Below are positions 39,581 through 51,081 of a stretch of DNA of 64,000 bases, in pieces (position 1 is the stretch's first letter; every line of letters begins with the position of its first letter). Source of the stretch: Geosiphon pyriformis uo1. Taxonomy: Eukaryota; Fungi; Glomeromycota. The notes under the pieces were generated by a model. The model was not told where the DNA came from and did not search any database. It saw only the letters and a list, made by a program, of their open reading frames with translations. The translations under genes were made by a program, and so were the position numbers. The stretch lies in contig JAAOMT010000275.1 in NCBI GenBank assembly GCA_016748015.1, positions 62,001 to 126,000 on the forward strand, in the 5' to 3' direction.

Positions 39581-41376
39581 TGAGAATGAGGTAGAGGAAG
39601 AGCACCACCAGCCAAAGCCAAACCATCCAAGTGCACCAATAGGCTCATGACCAAAGCAGAGAGATCCTTTAACATGTTTTCCAATTTCACAACCTCAGGT
39701 AAGGCAGTTGAACCAAGAATGGCAGCAGTCTTGTCACTAGTGGCATCACCCGAACCCACTCCTATCACTATATCCTCCTCTTGATTCTGTGATGGGGGGA
39801 TCACCGGCAGCTGACATCCAGGGCTAGGCTGGGAAACTGCCGGCACGAATGAGTCCAATCTCTTAGCCAACTCACCAATTTGTCCCGTGAGGCTGACAAA
39901 ACTGCTCTCAATATTCTTCAAATGGTCTTCCAATTCACCACTAACAGTCGGGAGAGGTTTACCATAAGATACAGAACCAGATTGAGCTAAACCACTAAAT
40001 GACGCTAACGGAAGTAGTTTACCAACCATGGAGGCCCAAGTTTTTCCACTGAAAGCCAAAAGACGGGAAACAGAGGCAGATTTTTTTTCATATATCTTAG
40101 CCAGACGGAGCTGATCCTGAGCTGAGAGAGGAGCTCTCTTGCTCCTAGAACTTGAGGACACACCAGTAGTATGACAAGTAAAAGATGTATGACTGGAATT
40201 TTTGCAAATTGAGCACAGTACAGCGGTTAAACGAGACCATCGGAGACCAACACCTTTTATAACAGAAGTGTTTGCCATTGCCTAAATAAGGCTACCCTTA
40301 GAATCGAAGCACACAGTGGCACAGCATGCTCGGACATAACTGACAGAGCTGCGTTTAATAACACATGTTTTCCCACCAACTGAACTAATGAAGTCCCAAA
40401 GATCATGAGTGGTGGTGCCCATAGGGAGAGTGTAAAGCAAAGCCCTGAACTCATCTCTGGCATTCCACGTCTGTTTGTCAACATCAGCCTGGGCCACATG
40501 CACTGCATCTTTTCCAATAAGGATGGACCACTTAGCCGCCAAGAGATCAGCCTGAATTTGATTCTCCAATTCAATGATTGCCTTTTGCCATAGACCCACC
40601 AACTGCATTTTGATCGACTTAATAAGCCCAAATTCAGAAATGGCTGCACGCACTGCCTCGATGGAAGTTCTCACAAAAATTTCTTTTAATTCAATTGCCC
40701 GATTCATACGATTGTTGATGGGGTGTTTAAGATTGGTGTTTACCACAATACCACAATCATTTGCCAATTGAGCAGCCACCATTATCACTTTTTAAAAAGT
40801 AAAAAATACACAGATGATTCCACCAAATTTTAAGGGAGTAGAGGCCCCCCCAAAACCATTCACACCTGAAAAAATTTTTTTGACAAAGTTCAATTTCTCC
40901 TGAGATGATTTCCCAGTAACAGCCACGAGATTAATATCCAAAGCAAAGGATTTGTGAACAGACACTTGAATGGATGGTTTGATAGGCAAAGGGAGTGGGA
41001 GAAGGAAGGAACCATCTAACACGTCATTGTCTGCATTGACAGTACCATAATCAATCACACCCAAAGACTTCCCTAACACCTTCTTGGTTTTTACACGCAA
41101 ACTCTTAGGCATTTGATCAGGATCCCCTCCTGCAAAAGCACTATTCTCACCATAGTCAACACTAGTTTCTTCAACCAAGCACTTTTCCTCCATGTTAATA
41201 CTCTCAGATTTAGTAGTGTTACCCACTTCAGAACCCCATAAATGATTACCAAGAGCTTTATCAGCAACCTCTCTATTATCAACACTCTCTGCTAATACAC
41301 CACTCTTTCTCTTCTTCCTCAACACAACCGTCTTAAAACCATCCTCAGAACCAAAAACTTTGGTAGCCTTCTTCAT
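39577..41376 (-). pseudogene. LINE C ORF1 (RRM-like repeats, CCHC, coiled coil)
   Basis: SEFG..MQLVGLWQKA, ALLYTLP and CSICKNSSHTSFTC; the stop overlaps the ORF2 ATG. Confidence 0.88.
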
Positions 41377-41988
41377 AACAGCAATAACAGAGCCAACAGT
41401 GGCCTCGTAATCAAAAAATGGTTTTGATTTATTGTACTGAATGGTAAAAAACTTCTTTTAAAAAAACTTTTAACTCTTTTTTGGGAATTTTGGATGAAAG
41501 AGAGAAAGAAGTTTTTAAATTCTTATTATATTAAATAATTATTTAAAAATTAAAATTATTTACAATAATATTTTTAGCAAAAGTTATTACAAAAAGTTTT
41601 AAATTTTATAAAAATAATCAGATATTTTTTTTTAAAATTAAATTTAACTCTTATTATCAAAAACTATTATGTTGTTAAAAAATTATTTCGAATTAACATA
41701 AGACAATTAAAATATAATAACAAAACAACTTAAATAATTAATTGTAAAATATGCCAACATATTTATTGAAAACAACAATAATTTTAAAAGAAGTAATTTA
41801 GTACAACATTAAATCTTCACAAAAAACACAAAACCAAAATAACAACAAATCTATTAATTTTCACTTATCAGCCACCAATTTATTGAAAAAAAAATCTAAT
41901 AAATACTTAAAAATAAGTTTATTTAATTATTAATAAGTCTATAAACTTTACTAGTAATTTTTATTAAAAAAAAAATAGAAAAATTCAC

Positions 41989-43570
41989 TTTTTTTTTTAT
42001 TTATTTATTAATGTTTTAACAAAGTGTGCCCAAACACTATCTAATACACTGCACCACTATGAAATTACAAATTAGATGTGTTTTACACTCTTTTTATATG
42101 TAACTAACCACCCGAATTAGTCAAAGCATCAACTAAGCTGAATCAAAAGAAGCCAGAAGAAAACCCAGCTCACCAAGTCTCTTAATAACACTATTCAAAT
42201 TTCTAGAATCAAAAATAAACTCACTAAAAAACAATCTAGTTTTTTTACTGCTACCTTTAACTTCAGAACCACACATTTGCCACAAGACAACTGCATAGTC
42301 AATTGTGTTCTTGCTCAATAGAAAAGTCTTGGCAGCACCAATATCATCATCATCAAGATTACCAAACTTCACCTCAGTCTTAAGACTGGCAAAATTCTTA
42401 GACATACCAACCAAAAGATCAGCAAAGCTCTTGGAGGCATTACACATAGTCAGAAGATCTTTTTTAACCTTTAGAGCTTTGACCGCATTATCATTCAAAA
42501 GAGTAGTAACTAACGTAACCAAAGAACCAATTGGCTCAATGACAGATTTAACCAAAGCAGTCAGATCCAAAATCTGTTTTTCCATAGAATTCAATCTAAG
42601 CTCAACAGTAGAGTCAGCAACAGGAGCAACAAAAAATGCAGCAAGTGGAAGAGCTAGCAGATCAGAAGCCACCAAAGAAAAAAATCCAGAAATATTTAAA
42701 GGGGCAGAAGCTTTTGCATAAAAAACACCACTCACAAAATGTGTATTAAATATCTTGGGAGCCTTAGAAGAGAGAAGTGGAGAAACCTTACAATCTGCAG
42801 CCAGATGGTCTATTTCTTGATATCTAAAGCAGTGCCAGCAGCCAGGAGTTTTCCACCAGATATGGCATTTCCTTAGAGTACTAGTCTTGACCACAGCAGA
42901 ATCCAAATTGTCTTGAAAGTCAAATGTTATCAAAGCAAACCGAGAATGATGACCAGAATCAAGAGACTGAGGGATGAAGCACATCCGTCCACCAACTTGA
43001 GAAATCATATCACTAATTTCAAAAGCTGTGCAGCCAGAAGAAAGATTGACCAACTTGGCCTTGAACTTATCACGAAACAGAATGGCCTTATTCTGATTAA
43101 TAACTGAAAAGATCCTAACACTATTTTTGCCCACCAGAATTAACCAATGATTGAGAACAACAGTAGCAACATTCAATTCCTTAAAGTAAACAACCATGTA
43201 CTGCTAAACACCAGCAGACTTCAGCACAACACAGGCAACTTCACCAAATACACTAAGAGCCGTCTTAATATCAGCAATTGACACACTCAAAGGTATATCA
43301 TGCAGTGCAACATTGGCAGAAAAAGAACCAAATTCAGAAACCACCAAAGACTTGGCAATTTTGAGAGTGGTCAAGCGAACAGAGCTTGTAAGCTTAACTA
43401 GAAATGCAGTTTCCAAAGACTGTTGAGAAGCAAACTCTACACAGAAAAGCTTCATATTGTCTTTTGAAACAGATTTAGCACCCAAAAAACCATGTACAGA
43501 CTGAAAAACAGTCTTAACATGAGCTAATTTGATCTTAAAAGTAGCACCAGGCACCAGAGTGGAGGTCACT
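41989..43570 (-). mobile_element. ORF1-only (HAL1-like) non-autonomous non-LTR element, apparently 5'-truncated
   Basis: A single LINE-ORF1 homolog is followed directly by a LINE-type 3' UTR (shared stem-loop and AAACACTATCTAAT block) and poly(A) at 41989-41998 (rc). There is no ORF2 sequence. Confidence 0.8.
42133..43569 (-). pseudogene. Divergent LINE ORF1-like protein (RRM-like repeats, CCHC knuckle, coiled coil, unique C-terminus); one in-frame TAG at a conserved Trp position
   Basis: ORFs 43204..43569 and 42133..43197 are in one frame. They align to LINE C ORF1 (GF.GA; FG....G.WQ; W.IL.GK..V; RD.F.A.L..L; VGG..C.I) and contain CFRYQEIDHLAADC. Confidence 0.82.
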
Positions 43571-44412
43571 TAACTTTTATGTTAATTATTATTAGCTAAA
43601 TAGTGTTATAATTAAAGATATTTATCTATTATTTTGAATTAATAACATATTAAATGCTCTTAAAAAATTAAAATACTTTTTAACATTAGATTTGAAAAAT
43701 AAATATTAACAAATTTTTATAGATTTTAAAAACTGTTTAAAAATAGTCTTTATTATTCAAAAAAAATTATAAATTTAATATAATACTTTTTAGATTTTAT
43801 AATTTATTAGCAATATTTTAAAGACTTATAAATATTATTTATATTAAATTCTTATAATAATTAATAGTTTTTTATTTTAATAATACCAATATATTTATTA
43901 TTTTTTAAATTTTATTTAGTTTATTTGTAAGAAGTTTTTTAATAATTACAAAAAGCAGAATTAAAACTAAATATTAAAAAATGCTATTTTGGAAAAACCA
44001 GTTTAGTCTTTCTTAATTATATTATTAATAAAAAAAAAGTTAATCTGATTTAAAAAAAATTAGTATTATTAAAAATTTTAAGATCTTTTGAAATATTATT
44101 AAATTTAAAAGATTTACAAAATTAACATTTTATTATTAAAAATTAATCAAAGAATTTTCTAAAATTACCAAACTTTTTAACTATTTAATTAACAAAAATA
44201 TTAAATATAAATAGACAACAAAACAATAAAAAGTCTTTAATATTCTCAAAAAAAAGCTAATAATAATTTCAATTTTAGTTTATTCTAACTTTAATAAAAA
44301 ATTTTAATTAATTATAAATGTTTTATATATTGCTTTTAATATTATTTTATTTTAATTAGATAATAATAACAATAAAAAAATTAATGCTTATGTTAACAAA
44401 ATGTTAAACCAG

Positions 44413-45398
44413 TGTTATCAGACGAAATTAGAGATATCATTTAGCATAAAATTATCTCATAATTCCTATTATTAATTAGCATATATTATCATTTCAAATT
44501 ATCATTTATTACATTAGCAAAGAATGTTCGAAATTATCATTTAATTAATAACCCAAATTGTACACAACACAAATGTAACCTAATTGCGATGATCAATCAT
44601 GCAATACCCCGAACTATGTAACATTCAAAAGTTCACCGAAATTTATAGAAATTTGCCGAAATAATTGATAGTTCACTGAAATATCTAATAGTTCGCAGAA
44701 ATAACTTGTAGTTTGCCGAAATGTATCTTTAGTTCAGTGAAATTGTAGAAAATAGCAAAGTTTAAGTTCATAAAATAGTATTACGACAAGTTGTATAAAA
44801 GAAGAGCTTCTCTCTTTGAGAAAATGTATCTTACTTTAGATTTATCTTTTAAAACCGTTCCTATACACACAAAAAAAAATAAATATCAAATAATTCGAAA
44901 AACCAAATTTTTTAATTATTGTACTTAGAAAATCCCCAAAACCCAACTAACATTTCGAAATTGATTAGCTACCAATTTCAGTAAACTGTTAGTGACTCCA
45001 GGCCTGGATAGAAAACGTTTCTCTTGACAAAATTCTATTTCTTTTACATTTCTTTTATTTATTTATTTCTTTTCTTATTACAATTATTAGGATAGCCTAC
45101 AGACAAGATTCCTGTAGAAGAGTTGACTTTCACAGCAAAGTAACTACACATTTTTAGTGAGCTTTCAGACGAGCAATTCCTGGAAAAGAGTTGACGTTTA
45201 CTACAACGTAACTACATAAAGTAACTGGCAAGGAATTGGCCATTTCACTTATAAGCCCAGCAGTTCAAATTATAGGAGATAATTTGAAGTTAAAAAAAAT
45301 TCAGTTACTGGAAGTTCAACCACATCCAGAAAACGTGAATTCACAGCAAATAAGTATCAACAACATTACAAAAAAGAGACCAAAAACCTCTAGTAACA
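44413..45398 (+). repeat. 5' LTR, family A copy 2
   Basis: TGTTAT...GTAACA, 986 bp; TATAAAA at 44794-44800. Confidence 0.95.
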
Positions 45399-45400
45399 TT

Positions 45401-45418
45401 TGGTGCTCTTCCACAGAA
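45401..45418 (+). promoter_or_regulatory. Primer-binding site
   Basis: TGGTGCTCTTCC, the same as in copy 1. Confidence 0.8.
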
Positions 45419-45443
45419 ACAACACAGCAAAAACAACTTCAAA

Positions 45444-48400
45444 GTGGCGACCACACCAGACACAACAACTCTAGAGTATTACCAATCAATTTACACCCAC
45501 TGCAAACAAAGATTCAACATTCCAGACGGAATTGAAGTTGTCAAGAAATCATACCAATACATTGAAAACTGCATCAACAATTATCTTTTTGGAAATTACA
45601 ATATCTCAGAAGTTAGAAGCAACCTTTACAATAATTTAGCACACTATTCACAGTTGGGAACTGAAGACCTTAATAGTGAAACACTTGCCACTTACTTTTA
45701 CGAACTTAATTTTAACATTATCAAATACTGTGAAGAAACATATCCAGTGCAGTCTCAATACACTATTGACTTTGAATTGGAAACAGAAACAAGCAACAAA
45801 GGCAAAAACAAATTAAAGCAATATTCAAGAACCACCCCAAATACTCCAACACTACCAAAAACAACTGCCAAACATTTACAAACACCTGAACAAGGAACCA
45901 GTTCAAAATTTTCACTTACTATCACACCTTTTCCAGCTTCACTTGCACAAGCACAAACACCTAATTCACCCTTGAATTGATTTGCAAGACCAGAAGATTT
46001 TACATCACTCAGAAGTTCCACCAGACAACAAAAACCCCTTCAAACTAGTTCCAATCTTCTTGATTTTCTAGCTGAAAATCAAAGTGAACACTCTGAGACA
46101 GCAGCAAATGAAAAAAACAACTCTGAAATAACCGAAGAAGAATCAATAAACAGTGAAAACAAAGAAGACGAAATGACAACATACATTGCAAAAATCCCTG
46201 AATTCAATGGAGAAAATATTGAGACCAGTCCTCAAGAATGGCTCAACCAAGTTACTAAAGCCGGAGATGCAAATGGATGGAATGCCACCAGAATGTTAAG
46301 AACAATTCCATACTTTCTCAAAGAAACAGCAGAAGAATGGTTTGAAAACCTGGCCGTTCTATTCAATGATTGGAACGCTTTCAAAGCAGCCTTTTTTGAA
46401 CAGTTTACTGACAATAATACCTCCATCACTCTTCGCAATCGTTTTCGAAATATCAAACAAGAACTCTCTGAATCCGTTATGACTTATATTGGGAAATTCA
46501 ACAAACTTCTCAGACAGATTCGCCAACTCGAGACAAATGATTATTATTCCGATGCTCAAATCTTGGATCAATTTATTGCTGGTCTAAAAGATAAACTAAT
46601 TAAAAAGGTTCGCCCACACATGCCAGAAGATTTAAACTTTGCCATACAGTATACAAAAAGATACGAAATGGCCATAGAAGAGACCAATCATACAAAACTT
46701 GTAAATTTGGCAATTGGAGAAACCAGCTCAGCAGCTAAGGAAAAAATTGACCAACTCACAAAAAAGGTCGAAAACTATTTTACCAACCAACAACAACAAA
46801 GATATCAACCATCCCAAAGACAAAATCAAAATAACTTTGCACCACTTTCCAATAACCAGCCCCAGAATTGCCATTACTGTAAAATCTCTGGCCACTGGAA
46901 AAAAGATTGCAGAAAGCTACAACGAGACCAACAAAATAGGGGTAATCTACATTACTCTCCACCACAGCAATCTTATTATCAACCATCACCACCAGCTTAC
47001 TATCTATCAAGACTCCAATACCAAAATAACTATTATCAGCCCGCCCCACAACCAATCCAACAGCAATACCAACAACCACCCACACAACATTATCAAGTAT
47101 CTGCTCGAAGACTGATTACACAAAATCAATTTACACCACAAAACCAATACCAAGTAAACAACAGTAGAATCAGTTTGAACAACCAATTGGTTCCTCGAAA
47201 TACCACTCAACCAAGACCCAACCACTACCACACTCAACCCAGTTATTTAACAATGCCGGAAAAACAGGATTTTTACCATACTGCACTCTCAGAAGATAGA
47301 GTTGCAGAACAACAACAACGAAACCCTTCTCATAACCACACCACTATTTCACCAGCCCGAATTACTGAAAACGCCAATCTTTCTGATATCTTTCCTTTTG
47401 AATTTGAAGCAAATGAATCACCATTCTTGCTTAGCAATACAGTGGCTAATGAGCAAAAAGCCATCACTGCAATGTACACAGAAGCTGAAGTAGAAAGAAA
47501 ACCAATTCGCTTGATCCTAGACAGTGGATCTGCTGGAAGCATTATTACCTACCAGTTAATGCAACAGTTGAAAAAAAATGTCGACCGATCAGCTCAAACA
47601 GTAATCATTACTGCCAATGGCATGAAAAAGACCCCAGTAGGAGAAATTGACAATTTTCTATTCACTCTTGATGGAATCATCATTCTAGTCAAAGTTCTTG
47701 TAATGGATGCACCCCAGTACCAAGCTCTTGTTGGAAATGATTGGCTTCAAAAAGCCAATGCTAATCTGAATTGGGAAACACAAGAGTTAACAATCTCCTA
47801 CCAAGGACAACACGCCTGGATACCTGCCATTTGTGGTACATTCAACAAATGCTCTGAAAAAGCCCTGGCTTTTGAATTTGAACCAGAAGAAGAAAAACCA
47901 ATAATCGAAACATTCATGGCTCTTGGATGAACGTCCAACTGGGCCGATGAAACAGAACAAGAACATTTTACCCCACACACTAAATCCAAAACCTCTGGAT
48001 GGAATATACCTTACTCAAAACCCAAACCAAGGAAACAACGCCCCTATATTCCCCTTAAATGTAAGGACTGCCACAAGAAACTATTGTCAATGGGAGCCTG
48101 CATTTCACCTGAAGAAGAATATGAAAATCATACTTGTTATTACTGCAAGGCTTGCCACAGAGAGCGATGGAGCCATCTAATAAAAAGGAGTGGAAAATAG
48201 GACAACACCCCTTGTTTGACTTGTGGAGATATGCTACCAGAAGAATGCAATTGGATTGATGTAGTAATAAGAGAAGGCGTCTGCAATCAGACCTGCCAAT
48301 ATGCTTTATCAATTTCAGAAAAAGTAAAAAGAGGAACACCCTTTAATGCAGCATACAATAGTGCTCTCAACAAACTTTATCATTACTCTTATGATGCCGA

Positions 48401-51032
48401 GATAATTTTCGACTTAGCAATGGCATTAATTAATGGAGCTACCAAAAAAGATATTCGTCAAATAAAGGAAGCAGAATACATTGAATACACTATGGAATTA
48501 GCTGGATTTGATTACGAAGATGAAGTAGAAGTCTACCACCAAATTGCAAGTCACATCTACCCAACCCAAGAAGCTCAAATTCAACAATTAGAGCAAATGA
48601 ACATTAGGCTATGTGAAGAATACATTATGCCTTGTGATGAACAATGGTGTCCTGAATGCTATGCTCTTAATATTCCCTTGCCCAGTGAAAATGATGAGAA
48701 TGAAATTGAATTTGGAGAACCTGAAGAAACAGAAGAAATTGAAACAACATCCATCTACCTTATCAAAAATCAGCCTGCCTTACAACTCAAATACTTCAAC
48801 AACAACAGACAAGGAATAAAACCCGAAAAAGCACACGAAATTGATGCTGGATATGACCTAAGATATCCAGGCAAGGATACTCTTGTTCTCAAACCCAAAT
48901 TTCTCACAAAAATTAACCTCAAAATTGCACTCGAAATCCCACCAGAAGCAATGGTTCAAATCGCTTCCCGGTCCTCTCTGGCAAGCAAAGGAATCAATGT
49001 CAGAGGAAGAATAATCGATGCTAGATATACTGGAGACATAACAGTGATGCTTCAAAATAAAACTGACAAACCATTCAAGATTGAACATGCTGAAAAAATT
49101 GCCCAAGCTATTTACCTACTCTTAATCAACATTTCGGGTTTGCAACTAGTCAATCAAAGAGAACAATTAGGAAAAAGTGATAGAGGAACCCAAGATTTTG
49201 GTTCAACTGGACGATTCACAGTTCTAGTTAATATAGCTCTTAACACACAGAACGAATCCCACCAGATTCTTAGACTTCCACAACTGATTACTATCTCACC
49301 CTTTGGAAAACATCCGGAAATCTACACCTGCCCAAAGTCAACAACCACACAACAAATTTTTGAGTCCAATGAACAAGTCTGCTTGGAACATAATATTTCG
49401 ATCCCAAACATTTATATTCCAGAAGGAACAAAGAAAGTCTGAGTTACTTTTTACAACCCCCCATAATTTTATTAAATAATTTAGAAATTGAAGTTATTCA
49501 CAGTAATATATTTTAACAAGAATTATCCCAAATAGTTCCCGATTTCTCTGAAATTATTGAACATTTAATACCAAAAACCAACCCAAACCCCAGCTCCAAA
49601 AACTACCATGTTGTCATGGAAAAACTATCTCGAATCAACATGGGACAACTTGAACCACAACAACAGACCCAGCTCAAAGAGCTAATTGCAGAATTTGCTG
49701 ACATCTTCGCCGAAAACAACAATGACTTAGGAAGAACTAATTTGGTTCAACACCAAATCTATACAGGAGATGCCAAACCAAGGTGACAACAAACCTACCG
49801 AGTTGCTCCAGAAAGTCACCAATTTATCCGAGAAGAAGTACAATGGATGCTTAACAATGGGCTTATTTAACCATCAATGAGCCCATGGGCCTCACCTGTG
49901 GTCCTAGTTAAAAAGAAAAATGAAAAGATACGATTTTGTGTTGATTACCGACAACTCAACAGTGTCACCATTGGGGATGCCTACCCTCTTCCCCAAATTG
50001 ATGACATGTTGGATGCCCAAATACTTTTCAACATTAGATTTAGAGAGTGGATACTGGCAAGTTGCTATGGATCCCAAAAACCACCCCAAAACAGCTTTTA
50101 CCACTTAAGGAGAAAATTACAAGTTCAATGTAATGCCTTTTGGATTATGCAATGCACCAGCAACATTCCAAAGACTCATGGATGTTGTTTACAAAGGCCT
50201 CCTTTGGAAATCAGTAGTAGTTTATCTTGATGACACTGATGTTTATTCACCATCTTTCAAGCTACATTTAATTCACCTGTGAGAAGTTTTTCAACAATTA
50301 CAGAAAGCAGGATTGAAACTGAACATTGAAAAATGCTACTTTGGAAAAACAAGTTTAGCTTTTCTTGGTTACATTGTTAGCAAAGATGGAATTAAACCAG
50401 ACCCCGGAAAAATCAGTACTGTTAAGAACTTTAAGATTCCATAAAATACCACAGAATTAAAAGGATTTATTGGATTAGCATCCTATTACCAAAAATTCAT
50501 CAAAGAATTCTCAGAAATTGCAAAACCCCTCAACCAGCTCACTACTAAAAATGTCAAATACAAATGGACAGAAAAACACCAAAATGCCTTTGAGATACTT
50601 AAGAAAAAACTCACAACAGCTCCAATCCTTGCCTACCCAGATTTCAGCAACCAATTTCAGTTAGCAACTGATGCCTCTTATACTGCCTTTGGTGCCATCC
50701 TATCACAGTTAGATGACAATAGAAATGAGCGAGTAATTGCTTATGCTAGTAGAACATTAAAGCCAGCCAAAAAAAACTACCCCGCAACAGAATTAGAAAC
50801 CGCAGCAGTAATCTGGGCCCTACATCACTTCAACCTTTACTTTAGACCCAAAGAATTTGATATTATCACTGATAATATTGGACTTAAATAGCTTCAAAAC
50901 AAAAACACCCAGCTGAACGCAAAACAAATCTGATGGACAGGATTTTTAGCTAATTACTAATACATCGTACACCACAAACCAGGAAAACTCCACACCAACG
51001 TTGATTGTCTTTCAAGAATGAGGCAAGATTAG
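45444..51032 (+). pseudogene. gag-pol polyprotein (GTG start; capsid ATG at 46173; CCHC; protease DSG; Cys-rich domain; dUTPase; RT; RNase H)
   Basis: ORFs 45444, 46173 and 48216 are in one frame. Motifs: [65 protein letters not shown] and ATDAS. Two small frameshifting deletions lie near 49460 and 50017. Confidence 0.92.
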
Positions 51033-51081
51033 AAAACAAAACCAACACCCATTTGAATTAACAGCATCAAAACAACAAACA

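Larger units (their letters stand above)
34761..41516 (-). mobile_element. LINE copy C, full length, distinct subfamily, with TSD
   Basis: Poly(A) at 34759-34768 (rc), ORF2 at 34889-39580 and ORF1 at 39577-41376. The flanking repeat TCTTATTATATT occurs at 34749-34760 and 41521-41532. Confidence 0.94.

Noticed and set aside
45150-45185. Hammerhead ribozyme (retrozyme) in the LTR around CAGACGAG
   Set aside because: I could not build a CUGANGA...GAAA core with flanking stems on either strand.
51019-51033. Ty1-like +1 frameshift (ATG AGG C) fusing RH to IN
   Set aside because: The slippage codon is implausible, and family B would need the opposite (-1) shift.
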